Assembly (NCBI RefSeq): GCF_014857065.1
Contig: NZ_CP046533.1
Span: 630,001 to 662,000 of the forward strand
DNA: 32,000 nt
Source: Candidatus Saccharimonadota bacterium
Lineage (GTDB): Bacteria; Pseudomonadota; Gammaproteobacteria; Enterobacterales; Enterobacteriaceae
Reading direction: 5' to 3'
This document shows positions 1 through 10,984 of this stretch, one piece after another. Below the pieces are notes generated by a model, which saw only the letters and a program-made list of their open reading frames with translations, made no database searches and was not told the DNA's origin. Position 1 is the first letter of the stretch, and the number at the start of each line of letters is the position of its first letter. The position numbers and the translations under genes are program-made.

Positions 1-1284
1 GCGCAAGAAGGGGGTATTGGTTTTATTCATAAAAATATGTCTGTTGAACGTCAAGTTAAAGAAGTTATTCGTGTGAAACGTTATGAAAGTGGTATAGTTA
101 CTAATCCTCAATGTGTCAGTCCTAATACTACATTACTACAAGTAAAAGAATTAACTCTTCGTAATGGATTTGGTGGATATCCAGTGATAATTGGAAAAAA
201 ACAATTGGTAGGTATTATAACCGGTCGTGATATTCGTTTTATAAATAATTTAAATATGTTAGTATCAGAGGCGATGACTACTAAAGATAAGTTAGTGACC
301 GTTCAAGAAGGAGAATCTCGTGAAGTTGTTATAAATAAAATGCATGAAAAACGTGTAGAAAAAGCATTGATAGTAGATAATAATTTTCATTTAGTAGGTA
401 TGGTTACAGCTAAGGATTTTGAGAAGGCTGAACGTAAACCTAATGCCTGTAAGGATATGGAAGGTAGGTTATGTGTCGGAGCAGCAGTTGGTGTAAATGT
501 TGCTACTACTGAGTATCAAATCGATAAATTAGTTGCAGCTGATGTTGATGTATTGTTAATTGATTCCTCTCATGGTCATTCTAAGTTAGTATTACAGTTT
601 GTTAAAGATATTCGTATCAAATATCCTAATTTACCTATCATAGGTGGTAATGTAGTAACTGGTAAAGGAGCTCTTGCATTAGTAAGAGCTGGTGTAGATG
701 CCGTCAAGGTAGGTATTGGTCCTGGCTCGATTTGTACCACCCGTATTGTTACGGGAGTTGGTATTCCTCAAATTACTGCTATTTTAGATGTAGCAGAAGC
801 TTTGAAGGATATCGATATTCCAATTATTGCAGATGGAGGTATTAGATTTTCTGGAGATATTGCTAAAGCTATAGGTGCCGGTGCAGCTTGTGTGATGTTA
901 GGTTCGTTATTTGCTGGTACTAAAGAATCTCCAGGACAAATGGAGTTTTATCAGGGTAGGTCTTTTAAAACTTATAGAGGCATGGGTTCTTTATCTGCTA
1001 TGTCTGATGGTTATGTAGATAGATATTTTAGTAGTAATGAATCTGTACGTAAATTAGTACCAGAGGGTATTGAAGGTAGAGTACCATATACAGGATCTTT
1101 AAAAGAGGTGGTTCATCAACTTATGGGAGGCGTGCGTTCTTGTATGGGCTTAATGGGTTGTAAGACTATTGATGATCTTCGTGCCAAAAGTAAATTTGTT
1201 CGTATTAGTAATGCTGGTATTAGAGAGAGTCATGTTCATGATGTTGTTATTACAAAAGAATCACCTAATTATCGTCTTGGATAG
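1..1284 (+). CDS. guaB: IMP dehydrogenase (5' end outside window)
   Basis: Frame 1 is open from base 1: [12 protein letters not shown] precedes the ORF-track Met and matches the conserved IMPDH segment, so the true start lies upstream of the window. Full-length colinearity with E. coli GuaB: CBS-pair region, catalytic loop [12 protein letters not shown]-terminus [11 protein letters not shown]. Stop TAG at 1282-1284. Confidence 0.95.
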   Translation, partial: AQEGGIGFIHKNMSVERQVKEVIRVKRYESGIVTNPQCVSPNTTLLQVKELTLRNGFGGYPVIIGKKQLVGIITGRDIRFINNLNMLVSEAMTTKDKLVTVQEGESREVVINKMHEKRVEKALIVDNNFHLVGMVTAKDFEKAERKPNACKDMEGRLCVGAAVGVNVATTEYQIDKLVAADVDVLLIDSSHGHSKLVLQFVKDIRIKYPNLPIIGGNVVTGKGALALVRAGVDAVKVGIGPGSICTTRIVTGVGIPQITAILDVAEALKDIDIPIIADGGIRFSGDIAKAIGAGAACVMLGSLFAGTKESPGQMEFYQGRSFKTYRGMGSLSAMSDGYVDRYFSSNESVRKLVPEGIEGRVPYTGSLKEVVHQLMGGVRSCMGLMGCKTIDDLRAKSKFVRISNAGIRESHVHDVVITKESPNYRLG

Positions 1285-1335
1285 ACAAGATAAAATATAT
1301 TTATATAACTGAGTTTAGATCGTTATTATTTAGAT

Positions 1336-2922
1336 ATGTGTAATTTTAATTTTTATAAGGGTCGTATTTTGATCCTAGATTTTGGTTCACAATATGTTCG
1401 TTTGATAGCTAAAATAATTCGGGAGCTTGGTGTATATTGTGAAATATGGCCATGGAATGTGACTGAATTGCAAATAAAGAATTTTCATCCTAGCGGTATT
1501 ATTCTTTCAGGAGGGCCGGAAACAGCTATGTACGTACATAGTTCAAGAGCTCCCGCGTGTGTGTTTTGTCATAATATTCCAGTATTAGGAATATGTTATG
1601 GAATGCAAACAATGGTTGTTCAACTAGGAGGTAAAGTTCAAACAAATAATTTACAACGTGAATTTGGTTCTATAAAAGTTAATATAATTAAAAATGATAA
1701 TTTATTGATTAATAACATTTTTGATCTTATAGATAAAAAAGGTAATCCAATATTAGAAGTATGGATGAGTCATAATGATACGGTATCTGTTCTTCCACCA
1801 GATTTTATTATTCTTGCTGCCACTACGAATTGTCCTACAGCAATTATAGTTGATGAGCAGCGTTCTTTGTATGGAGTTCAATTTCATCCAGAAGTTACCC
1901 ATACTATACAGGGACGTCGTATCTTAAAAAGATTTGTTATTGATATCTGTCAATGTAAACCTACATTAAAATTGAATTTAGTTGTAGAAGATATACTTTT
2001 GAATATACGTAAATTGGTAGGTTATGATCAAGTTGTTCTTGGATGGTCTGGTGGTGTTGATTCTTCAGTTACTGCTTTATTATTGCATCGTGCAATTGGG
2101 GAAAAATTGATTTGTTTATTTGTTGATAATGGGCTGTTGCGTTTAGACGAAGAATATGAAATTATTAAGATGTTTTGCAAGGATTATAATATAAATATTA
2201 TTTGTCTTTCAGAAGCAGAAAGATTTTTCAATGCTCTTGTTGGTGTATTAGATCCAGAAGAAAAGCGTAAAATTATTGGAAGAGTATTCATAGAAATTTT
2301 TAAAGAGCAAATGCAATTTTTAGGCAATGTAAAGTGGTTGGCTCAAGGCACTATTTGTTCAGATGTTATTGAATCTACTCAATCAAATAATATTCAAATT
2401 TCTAATATCAAATCACATCATAATGTTATCGGTTTACCTAAAGATATGACATTTGGATTAATTGAACCTATAAAGTATTTTTTTAAAGATGAAGTTCGGG
2501 ATATAGGATTAAAAATTGGTTTGCCTGATTATGTGCTTTATAGGCATCCTTTTCCTGGACCAGGATTTGGTGTTAGAATAATAGGTGAGGTAAAGAAAGA
2601 ATATTGTGATTTGTTACGTCAAGCCGATTCAATTTTTATTGAGGAATTGAAGAAATCAAATTTATATTATAAAGTTAGTCAAGCTTTTGCTGTTTTTTTA
2701 TCAGTACGTTCAGTAGGAATAATGGGTGATAATCGTCAATATGGATGGGTAATTGCTTTAAGGGCTGTGAATAGTATTGATTTTATGACTTCACAGTATA
2801 CTTATTTGCCTAATGATTTCCTTACTGTAGTTTCTAATAGAATTATCAATGAAATTAAAGGTATTTCTCGTGTAGTTTATGATATTTCTAGTAAACCTCC
2901 ATCTACTATTGAATGGGAATAA
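1336..2922 (+). CDS. guaA: GMP synthase (glutamine-hydrolysing)
   Basis: 528 aa versus about 525 aa in E. coli GuaA. N-terminus [11 protein letters not shown], amidotransferase Cys in GICYGMQ, His in VQFHPEV, ATP-pyrophosphatase SGGVDSS, C-terminus PPSTIEWE. Follows guaB by 51 nt as in the guaBA operon. Confidence 0.95.
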   Translation: MCNFNFYKGRILILDFGSQYVRLIAKIIRELGVYCEIWPWNVTELQIKNFHPSGIILSGGPETAMYVHSSRAPACVFCHNIPVLGICYGMQTMVVQLGGKVQTNNLQREFGSIKVNIIKNDNLLINNIFDLIDKKGNPILEVWMSHNDTVSVLPPDFIILAATTNCPTAIIVDEQRSLYGVQFHPEVTHTIQGRRILKRFVIDICQCKPTLKLNLVVEDILLNIRKLVGYDQVVLGWSGGVDSSVTALLLHRAIGEKLICLFVDNGLLRLDEEYEIIKMFCKDYNINIICLSEAERFFNALVGVLDPEEKRKIIGRVFIEIFKEQMQFLGNVKWLAQGTICSDVIESTQSNNIQISNIKSHHNVIGLPKDMTFGLIEPIKYFFKDEVRDIGLKIGLPDYVLYRHPFPGPGFGVRIIGEVKKEYCDLLRQADSIFIEELKKSNLYYKVSQAFAVFLSVRSVGIMGDNRQYGWVIALRAVNSIDFMTSQYTYLPNDFLTVVSNRIINEIKGISRVVYDISSKPPSTIEWE

Positions 2923-3126
2923 TAAAGCATTTGAAATTATATAAAATTTATATGTTATTATTGTAATTAATGTTGTTGTTTTTATTTAATAAAATTGGAG
3001 TACATCATGAAATATGTGATGGTTTTGTTTTAGACATATTTAAAAATAAAATTAAATATGATTTGTAGAAATTGTTTGAAAATATATTAATACCTTTGTA
3101 TTTTATTAGTAAATAGTTATAAGCAT

Positions 3127-3939
3127 ATGCGTGATTTTTCTGAATGGTTAGGTACATTAGAATTAGGTTTTGGTTTTTCTAATGGGCGAACGGTTCTTGT
3201 TAAATATAAACATTGTGGACCATTTTTGATACAAAGGCCGTTTTATCCTGAGGGTGATAGTCTTCCACATGTTTATTTATTGCATCCTCCCGGAGGATTA
3301 GTTGGAGGTGATAGATTGGTTCTTGATGTTAATTTGTTTTCTTCTACAAGGGTACTCTTAACAATGCCAAGTGCTAATAAATTTTATCGAAGTGCGAAGT
3401 CACATGTTGTAATAAATCAACGTTTTATTATTGGTAGTAATAGTACATTGGAATGGCTACCTTCTTGTAGTATTTTTTTTCCTAAATCTAAAGTGATTAT
3501 AAATACTATTTTCTTTTTGGCATACTCCTCTCGTCTTATTGGTTTTGATTCATTATGTTTTGGTTTTCCCGCATTACAAGAAGTTTTTGAGGGGTGTACG
3601 TTAATTAATAATTTATGTATTAATTTGCCTAATCATGTTGGTTTACGAGATAAATTAAAAATTAATCAGTATTCTTTAAAGAAATTAGGTGGACATCAGA
3701 TAAGTTCTACATTTTTTGCTATACCGGTAAATCAATTTATGCTTGACGAAGTGAGATCTTATTTACAGAGTAGTAATATTAGTTTTTTTGGTGCCACTCT
3801 TTTAGATGATTTGTTGGTTGTAAGATTATTGGATAATGATAATCGTGTTGTAAATAGAATATTACGTTGTATGTGGGGTATAATACGTCCTTCAATTATT
3901 GGTTGTAAAGCTGTTCCTCCGCGTATTTGGTTAACTTGA
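3127..3939 (+). CDS. ureD: urease accessory protein UreD
   Basis: 270 aa, colinear with Klebsiella aerogenes UreD as recalled: [33 protein letters not shown]-terminal PPRIWLT. First gene of the ure cluster. Confidence 0.9.
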   Translation: MRDFSEWLGTLELGFGFSNGRTVLVKYKHCGPFLIQRPFYPEGDSLPHVYLLHPPGGLVGGDRLVLDVNLFSSTRVLLTMPSANKFYRSAKSHVVINQRFIIGSNSTLEWLPSCSIFFPKSKVIINTIFFLAYSSRLIGFDSLCFGFPALQEVFEGCTLINNLCINLPNHVGLRDKLKINQYSLKKLGGHQISSTFFAIPVNQFMLDEVRSYLQSSNISFFGATLLDDLLVVRLLDNDNRVVNRILRCMWGIIRPSIIGCKAVPPRIWLT

Positions 3940-3959
3940 AAAAGGATAGTTGGATTATT

Positions 3960-4262
3960 ATGCATTTATTAGCACGTGAGAAAGATAAATTGTTATTATT
4001 TACAGCAGCAATTGTAGCTGAAAGACGTCGCGCACGAGGTTTAAAGTTAAATTATCCAGAAGCTATAGCTTTTATTAGTGCTGCTGTTTTAGAAGGTGCT
4101 CGTGATGGACAGAATGTTGCAGAACTGATGAGTTTAGGTAAACGTATATTAACCAGGGAAGAAGTTCTGGAAGGAGTGCCAGAGATGATTAAGTTTATAC
4201 AAATAGAAGCTACTTTTTGTGATGGAACAAAGTTAATTACTATACATCAACCAATTATTTAA
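3960..4262 (+). CDS. ureA: urease gamma subunit UreA
   Basis: The ORF track starts at 3927, but the ortholog N-terminus ([13 protein letters not shown]) corresponds to the ATG at 3960. That gives exactly 100 aa as in K. aerogenes UreA. AAGGA at 3942-3946. Motifs [25 protein letters not shown]. 3960 is also outside ureD (stop 3937-3939). Confidence 0.93.
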   Translation: MHLLAREKDKLLLFTAAIVAERRRARGLKLNYPEAIAFISAAVLEGARDGQNVAELMSLGKRILTREEVLEGVPEMIKFIQIEATFCDGTKLITIHQPII

Positions 4263-4293
4263 ATGGATTTATAATATAAATGAGAATTGAATA

Positions 4294-4602
4294 ATGATTC
4301 CTGGTGAAATGCATCTTCTTGAGGGAAATATAATGTTGAATATGAAACATAATCGTATTTCGATTACAGTAGCAAATCATGGAGATCGTTCGATTCAAGT
4401 TGGTTCTCATTTTCATTTTTATGAAGTTAATTCTGCTTTAAAGTTTAATCGTGTAGTTACTATTGGTTTTAGATTAGATATACCCTCAGGAACATCAGTG
4501 CGTTTTGAACCAGGACAATTAAGAGATGTGTATCTTGTGAATTATACAGGCAGGCGTAAAGTATATGGTTTTTGTGGTTTAATAATGGGTAAATTATTAT
4601 AA
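4294..4602 (+). CDS. ureB: urease beta subunit UreB
   Basis: 102 aa. MIPGE start, [31 protein letters not shown]; colinear with K. aerogenes UreB. Confidence 0.93.
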   Translation: MIPGEMHLLEGNIMLNMKHNRISITVANHGDRSIQVGSHFHFYEVNSALKFNRVVTIGFRLDIPSGTSVRFEPGQLRDVYLVNYTGRRKVYGFCGLIMGKLL

Positions 4603-4615
4603 AGGAGTAATAAAT

Positions 4616-6322
4616 GTGAGTATAATGACTCGTCGTGCATATGCTGAAATGTTTGGGCCTACTGTAGGAGACAGTGTGAGATTAGCTGATACTGATTTAT
4701 GGGTGCAAGTTGAAAAAGATTTTACTTGTTACGGGGAAGAAGTAAAATTTGGTGGAGGCAAAGTTATTCGCGATGGAATGGGGCAGAGTCAAATGGTATC
4801 TGGTAAGTGTGTTGATTTAGTATTAACTAATGCATTAATTATTGATTATTGGGGTATAGTAAAAGCTGATATAGGTATTAAAGATTCTCGTATTTTTCTT
4901 ATTGGTAAAGCTGGAAATCCAAATATACAGTCAAATGTTACTATTCCGATTGGTCCATGTACTGAGGTTGTAGCTGCAGAAGGTAAAATTATTACAGCTG
5001 GAGGTGTTGATTCTCATGTACATTTTATTTGTCCTCAGCAAATAGATGAAGCAATTTGTTCTGGGATTACTACTATGATTGGTGGAGGTACTGGTCCTGC
5101 TACAGGAACTAATGCGACAACTTGTACTCCCGGACCTTGGTATTTGAAACGTATGTTGCAAGCTGCTGATGTGCTGCCAGTGAATATTGGATTTTTGGGT
5201 AAAGGTAGTTCTTCTCTACCACTTGGATTAGAAGAACAGGTATATCATGGAGCTATTGGGTTAAAGTTACATGAGGACTGGGGTGCTACTCCAGCAGCAA
5301 TTGATTGTTGCTTGGATGTTGCAGATCGTTTTGATATTCAAGTAGCAATTCATACAGATACTTTGAATGAATCTGGATTTATCGAAGATACACTTGCTGC
5401 TATTAAAGGTAGAACTATACACGCTTATCACGCTGAAGGAGCTGGAGGTGGTCATTCTCCGGATATTATTAAAGTTTGTGGTGTTGAAAATATTTTACCT
5501 TCATCAACTACTCCTACTATGCCTTATACTATTAATACAATTGATGAACATCTAGATATGTTAATGGCTTGCCACCATCTTGATTCTAGTCTTCCAGAAG
5601 ATGTAGCGTTTGCAGAGTCTCGTATTCGAAGAGAAACTATTGCGGCTGAGGATATATTACATGATTTAGGGGCTTTTTCTATGCTATCTTCTGATTCACA
5701 AGCTATGGGTCGAGTTGGTGAGGTGATAATGCGTACCTGGCAAACAGCTCATAAAATGAAATTACAGCGTGGGTTTTTAGAACAGGATATCGCTTTTAAT
5801 GATAATTTTCGTGTAAAACGTTATATTGCTAAGTATACTATTAATCCTGCTATTTCTCATGGTATTTCCCATGAGGTTGGTTCTATTGAAGTAGGTAAAT
5901 TAGCAGATTTAGTATTATGGTCTCCAGAGTTTTTTGGGGTAAAACCAGATTTGGTTATTAAGGGAGGCATAATTATTTCTTCTTTGATAGGAGATCCTAA
6001 TGCTTCTATTTCTGTATCTCAACCATTGTGTTATCAGTTAATGTTTGGAGGATTAGGTAAAGCCAAACAGTCGGTACGTATGACTTTTTTATCTCAAATA
6101 GCCTACAGTAATGGTGATTTAGTTGATAATCTTAAGTTAAACAGTTTAATTGGAAAAGCATATTGCTGTCGCTCTATAAACAAGAATAGTATGATTCATA
6201 ATAATTGCCAACCGTTTATTGAAGTTGATTCTCAAACCTATGAAGTTCGTGCAGATGGTAAGTTATTAACTTGTGATCCATCAATTACATTACCTATGAC
6301 GCAACGTTATTTCATTTTTTAA
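4616..6322 (+). CDS. ureC: urease alpha (catalytic) subunit UreC, GTG start
   Basis: 568 aa. The GTG at 4616 gives [19 protein letters not shown], matching K. aerogenes [19 protein letters not shown] residue for residue. AGGAG at 4603-4607 lies 8 nt upstream. Ni-site contexts are intact: [18 protein letters not shown] (carbamylated Lys), [39 protein letters not shown]-terminus [10 protein letters not shown]. Confidence 0.95.
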   Translation: MSIMTRRAYAEMFGPTVGDSVRLADTDLWVQVEKDFTCYGEEVKFGGGKVIRDGMGQSQMVSGKCVDLVLTNALIIDYWGIVKADIGIKDSRIFLIGKAGNPNIQSNVTIPIGPCTEVVAAEGKIITAGGVDSHVHFICPQQIDEAICSGITTMIGGGTGPATGTNATTCTPGPWYLKRMLQAADVLPVNIGFLGKGSSSLPLGLEEQVYHGAIGLKLHEDWGATPAAIDCCLDVADRFDIQVAIHTDTLNESGFIEDTLAAIKGRTIHAYHAEGAGGGHSPDIIKVCGVENILPSSTTPTMPYTINTIDEHLDMLMACHHLDSSLPEDVAFAESRIRRETIAAEDILHDLGAFSMLSSDSQAMGRVGEVIMRTWQTAHKMKLQRGFLEQDIAFNDNFRVKRYIAKYTINPAISHGISHEVGSIEVGKLADLVLWSPEFFGVKPDLVIKGGIIISSLIGDPNASISVSQPLCYQLMFGGLGKAKQSVRMTFLSQIAYSNGDLVDNLKLNSLIGKAYCCRSINKNSMIHNNCQPFIEVDSQTYEVRADGKLLTCDPSITLPMTQRYFIF

Positions 6323-6457
6323 TTTTATTATGCTGTGTATCCTAAATTGTTTTTACTTAAATTTTTTTAATTTTATAGTATTTTAATGCTTTAAGTATCC
6401 GTTTATATAACATTTTATATTTGAAAGATAGATTAATTAGTATTTTAACAAAATTTT

Positions 6458-7138
6458 ATGAATAAAATTGATAATTGTTCTTTATTACATTTAATGCAGT
6501 TAACTAGCTCTTTCTTTCCTTCTGGAGGTTTTGCATATTCTCAAGGATTAGAGTCTGCAGTTAAACTTGGTTGGTTAAATTCTACAAGTGAATTTGAATT
6601 CTGGCAAACTTGTATTATTAATGAACAATTAACTTATTTAGATTGGCCGATGCTTAAACGTATGTATTTTTGTATTCAAAATAATGATCATAGGCGATTA
6701 TTATTTTATGTTGATCAACTTTTATCATTTCGTGAAACTTTTGAATTACGTATGGAAGAAAAAGAAAGGGGACGAGCTTTAGTCAGATTGATTACTCATT
6801 TATCATTTGAATTAGAGGAGTGTTGGTTATTATCGTGTCAAAATAGTATTCTTGCTTCCATATCTTGGCTAGGATGTAGATGGAAGATTCCTTTGAATGC
6901 ATTAGCTATGGGTTACGCTTATGTTTTTATAGAAAATCTAGTTACAGCTGGATTAAAATTAATTCCATTTGGCCAGGTTAGTGCTCAAAAATTTTTAATG
7001 AATTCTTTCAAATTGTTACCTGATGCATGGCAAAATGCAAATTTATTGACGGATGATGAGTTAGGTAGTAGTTTTCCATTACAGTCTATTGCTTCTTCTT
7101 ATCATGAAATTCAAAAATTTCGTTTGTTTCGTTCTTAA
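6458..7138 (+). CDS. ureF: urease accessory protein UreF
   Basis: 226 aa. [40 protein letters not shown] and C-terminal FRLFRS are colinear with K. aerogenes UreF (about 224 aa). Confidence 0.9.
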   Translation: MNKIDNCSLLHLMQLTSSFFPSGGFAYSQGLESAVKLGWLNSTSEFEFWQTCIINEQLTYLDWPMLKRMYFCIQNNDHRRLLFYVDQLLSFRETFELRMEEKERGRALVRLITHLSFELEECWLLSCQNSILASISWLGCRWKIPLNALAMGYAYVFIENLVTAGLKLIPFGQVSAQKFLMNSFKLLPDAWQNANLLTDDELGSSFPLQSIASSYHEIQKFRLFRS

Positions 7139-7163
7139 TTTTAATTTTATTTTTATGTGTATA

Positions 7164-7799
7164 ATGAGGGTTATTTTGAAATTGATTAGACATTATAACA
7201 ATCCGTTTCGTGTGGGTATTAGTGGTCCTGTTGGCTCTGGGAAAACTGCTTTGCTTGAGGTATTATGTAGATCTATGCGTGATTTTTATCAATTAGCAGT
7301 AATTACTAATGATATTTATTCCAAAGAAGATCAACAGATTTTAATTAAAGCTGGTGCTTTAGACGAAAATCGTATTATTGGTATTGAAACCGGTTGTTGT
7401 CCACATACTGCTATTCGTGAAGATGCTTCAATGAATTTTACAGCTATTGAAGAATTAATACGTAAATTTGAAAATTTGGATATTATTTTTATAGAGAGTG
7501 GAGGTGATAATCTTAGTGCTAGTTTCAGTCCTGAATTAGTAGACTTAAATATATGTGTTATTGATGTATCTGGGGGTGAAAAAATTCCTCGTAAAGGAGG
7601 TCCAGGTATTACTTGTTCTGATTTTTTAGTTATCAATAAAATTGATTTGGCTGATCATGTAGGAGCATCTTTAAAGATTATGGCGAGAGATACTAATAAG
7701 ATGCGTTCTAATCTCCCTTGGATATTTACTAATTTGAAATTAAGTGAAGGATTTCATCCATTAATTGATTTTTTAATCAAAAAAATGCATTGTGGATAA
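7164..7799 (+). CDS. ureG: urease accessory GTPase UreG (start uncertain)
   Basis: P-loop [37 protein letters not shown]. The ORF-track start 7089 overlaps ureF by 50 nt and adds a non-homologous low-complexity N-terminus. In-frame candidates after the ureF stop are ATG 7155, ATG 7164, and TTG 7176, which has GAGGG (7166-7170) 5 nt upstream. I cannot choose between them without data. Confidence 0.9.
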   Translation: MRVILKLIRHYNNPFRVGISGPVGSGKTALLEVLCRSMRDFYQLAVITNDIYSKEDQQILIKAGALDENRIIGIETGCCPHTAIREDASMNFTAIEELIRKFENLDIIFIESGGDNLSASFSPELVDLNICVIDVSGGEKIPRKGGPGITCSDFLVINKIDLADHVGASLKIMARDTNKMRSNLPWIFTNLKLSEGFHPLIDFLIKKMHCG

Positions 7800-8322
7800 T
7801 AGTTTCTTTTATTAAAATTAGGATAGTTTTATTTAAATATTAGAGTGAAGTTTAATACAATTAAAATATTAATTAGTTTATATGTAATGCATATTTTTAG
7901 GTTTATTACAGTAATTATAAAATAAGAGCTAGATTTTAGGTTATATTTTGTATAAACTTTATTAAAATAAATTTCTGAAGTTATTTTATGGCTATTTCAT
8001 TTATTTATTGTTTTTAATTTTTATTTTTGTAGATAACTTTTAAAATAGAATGTTAAATTCATATAATTTATAATTTTGAATATTTGTTGTTTTATGAAAA
8101 TTCGTTTGTGTTTTTATTTATACATTAATAATGTATTGTATAAAGATTAATGTAAATTGTTCAATTGTTAGTTGTGATCCAATTTTATTAGATTGTTATT
8201 TTTATGTTTTATTTAATAAGGTCATTTTATAATTTTTATCTTAAAATAAATTTTATATTTTAAAAAAAGAGATTTTAATCTCATAATTTTATTTGTTAAT
8301 ATTTAAGTTTGAGAAGGTTGAT

Positions 8323-8949
8323 GTGAAAATTTTTGAGATTGATCATCCATTGGTGAAACATAAATTAGGTTTAATGAGAGTTCATGGAATTAGTACTAAA
8401 CGTTTTCGAGAATTATCTTCAGAATTAGCTAGTTTGTTAACTTACGTTGCAACTTCTGATTTGGAAACTGAAACTGTAAGTATTATGGGTTGGTGTGGTA
8501 TAGTTAAAATAGAAAGAATTAAAGGTAAAAAGATAACTGTAGTTCCTATTTTGCGGGCTGGATTAGGAATGATGGATGGAGTGTTGGAAAATTTACCTAG
8601 TGCTCGTATTAGTATATTAGGAATGTATAGAGATGAGTGTACTTTAAAGCCAGTTCCTTACTTTAAAAAAATAGTATCTAATATTGAAAAACGTATGGCT
8701 ATGGTTGTAGATCCTATGTTAGCTACTGGAGGGTCAATGATTGCTGCTATTGATTTATTAAAGCAAGCTGGTTGCCAACATATAAAAATATTGGTATTAG
8801 TTGCTGCTCCTGAAGGTATTACAATGTTGGGAAAACAACACCCAGATGTTGAATTATATTTAGCTGCTATAGATCAAAAACTAGATAAAAATGGTTATAT
8901 TATACCTGGTCTTGGAGATGCTGGTGATAAAATTTTTGGAACTAAATAA
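8323..8949 (+). CDS. upp: uracil phosphoribosyltransferase, GTG start
   Basis: The GTG at 8323 gives a 208-aa protein, [19 protein letters not shown], identical in length to E. coli Upp ([19 protein letters not shown]). GAAGG at 8313-8317 lies 5 nt upstream. The ORF-track TTG at 8293 adds 10 non-homologous residues. C-terminus [13 protein letters not shown]. Confidence 0.93.
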   Translation: MKIFEIDHPLVKHKLGLMRVHGISTKRFRELSSELASLLTYVATSDLETETVSIMGWCGIVKIERIKGKKITVVPILRAGLGMMDGVLENLPSARISILGMYRDECTLKPVPYFKKIVSNIEKRMAMVVDPMLATGGSMIAAIDLLKQAGCQHIKILVLVAAPEGITMLGKQHPDVELYLAAIDQKLDKNGYIIPGLGDAGDKIFGTK

Positions 8950-9889
8950 ATATTTTAATAATTTAAATTAGAATGAAATTTTATGAAAATTTTGTTATTT
9001 TTTATCTTTAAATATTTAAAATTTTATGTTATTACAAAAGATATTTAATTTTCATTAGTATATTTAATGTTTGAAATGTATTAATAAGTTTTGTTGTTAT
9101 TCTATTTTAAAACATATATTACGTATCATTTTTCTTTTTACAATAAATCTTGTGGTTGTTAATATTATTTATATGTATTTGTTATTTTCTTATTTTTATT
9201 TTGGTAATTTACTGACTGATCGTATATTTCGGTTGGTTAAATATTGTTCTTTAGTATATGATTTATAAAATTTAAGAGTTTCAGAAGTATAGATTATATA
9301 TGATCTTTTATGAATATTGTGATTTTTTATTTTACATAAGTTGAAAATTTGCTTATTTTCTGAATTTTCATATTAATTTAGTAATGATTTTAAAATAATT
9401 GATAGTTTTATAGAATGGTCGTTATTTATTAGAAGTTAATATCAATGATAATCTATATTTTTTATTCTTTTATTAAAAAATTTTTATTTTCTACAATTTT
9501 AATATTGTTTATTTATTTAATTTACAGAATCGAGTTTTTAAGTAAAATAAATAGAAAATAAATGTAATATTATACATAATTTTTATTATGTTATTTAAAA
9601 TTATTTTTTAATAAAATAATTTTGTGTTTGTTGTTCTATTTTTGATTTTGTGTAAAATTTTTTATTTTTAGTGTAATATTGTATTTTGTATATCTGGTTA
9701 TATTTCACGAATATGTTAGTCTATTATTAAATTAAATATAGTTAAAGAAATTCTAATTTATTTGCAACTCTTGTCTATATTGAAAATGGTAAATATTATT
9801 ATATTTAGTTATCAGTGTGCAGATAACTATATTAATATATTGTATGTATATTTATCTTAATTAAGATCTGTTTGATGGAGGAATGATCG

Positions 9890-10771
9890 ATGTTTACGGG
9901 AAGTATAGTTGCATTAATTACCCCGATGGATTCAAAAGGTTCCATTGATCAAAATAGTTTAAAAAAATTAATTGACTATCACGTAGTTAACGGTACTAAT
10001 GCGATTGTTGCAGTGGGTACTACAGGAGAAATGTCAGGTTTAACTAATGAAGAGCATATTGATGTTATAATGCGGATTCTTGACATGAGTGACGGCAGAA
10101 TACCCATTATTGCGGGCACTGGAGCTAATTCTACTACTGAAGCTATATCGTTAACTCGTTGTTTTAACAATACTGATGTAATTGGATGTTTAAGTGTTAC
10201 TCCATACTATAATAGGCCAAATCAAGAAGGATTATTTCAACATTTTAAAGCCATTGCTGAAAATACTGATTTGCCTCAAATTTTATATAATGTTCCTGTG
10301 CGTACTGGTTGTGATTTATTACCACATACAGTTGCTCGTTTATCCCAGATTAAAAATATTATAGGTATTAAAGAAGCTACAGGTAATTTGAATAGAGTTA
10401 GTCAAATACGTAACGCTGTTAATAATGATGATTTTATTTTGCTGAGTGGAGATGATATTACTGCATTAGATTTTATGCAATTAGGAGGAAAAGGTGTTGT
10501 TTCAGTGACGGCGAATGTTGCTGCGAATAAGATGGTACAGATTTGTAATTTAGCGTCTGAAGGTAAGTTTATAGATGCACGTCATGTTAATGATTGCTTG
10601 ATATCATTACATAAAGCATTATTTATTGAAACTAATCCTATACCTGTAAAATGGGCTTGTAAAATTTTGGGATTGATTACACATGATAGTCTTAGATTAC
10701 CCATGACTACTTTATCTTTTTCAAATAAAAAAATTGTACAGCAAGCTTTAATACAAGCTAATTTATTATAA
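9890..10771 (+). CDS. dapA: 4-hydroxy-tetrahydrodipicolinate synthase
   Basis: 293 aa. MFTGSIVA start as in E. coli DapA, GTTGE, Schiff-base Lys in [21 protein letters not shown] at 9877-9881 lies 8 nt before the ATG. Confidence 0.95.
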   Translation: MFTGSIVALITPMDSKGSIDQNSLKKLIDYHVVNGTNAIVAVGTTGEMSGLTNEEHIDVIMRILDMSDGRIPIIAGTGANSTTEAISLTRCFNNTDVIGCLSVTPYYNRPNQEGLFQHFKAIAENTDLPQILYNVPVRTGCDLLPHTVARLSQIKNIIGIKEATGNLNRVSQIRNAVNNDDFILLSGDDITALDFMQLGGKGVVSVTANVAANKMVQICNLASEGKFIDARHVNDCLISLHKALFIETNPIPVKWACKILGLITHDSLRLPMTTLSFSNKKIVQQALIQANLL

Positions 10772-10984
10772 TATATTTAAATTTAAGTTATTAATATAAT
10801 AGGTTGTGGTGTTTAGGTAGATTTTTTTGAGGATTTTTTGTGTTTTAATTATTAATTATATTTAATTAAATTTATATTATTATGATGTTAATGATTGTTT
10901 TATATATATAACAATTTTAAGTAGATTTAATAACTATCTATATATAATTTATAAAATATGTATATCGGTGATGTTGTTGTTTCA

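Noticed and set aside
3003-3031. Weak hairpin plus T-run candidates for intrinsic terminators. After guaA: CATCAT-N7-GTGATG followed by TTTTGTTT. After cysA: 20008-20045. Between convergent dapA and dapE: 10894-10915.
   Set aside because: The stems are 6-7 bp, almost all A-T or G-U, sometimes bulged. Such structures occur everywhere in this composition, so I cannot support them as annotated terminators.
6323-6457. Looked for a decayed ureE in the ureC-ureF gap.
   Set aside because: The gap is only 135 bp of A/T-rich sequence with stops in all frames. It is too short for even a fragmentary UreE that I could recognise by eye, so I treat it as a complete deletion.
9071-9268. A 65-codon intergenic ORF (MKCINKFCCYSILKH...), the only ORF in the upp-dapA spacer.
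   Set aside because: It has a TTG start, no Shine-Dalgarno, and a composition typical of translated A/T spacer (Ile/Leu/Phe/Tyr/Asn). No homology is recognisable. At most it is a fossil fragment; see the spacer finding.
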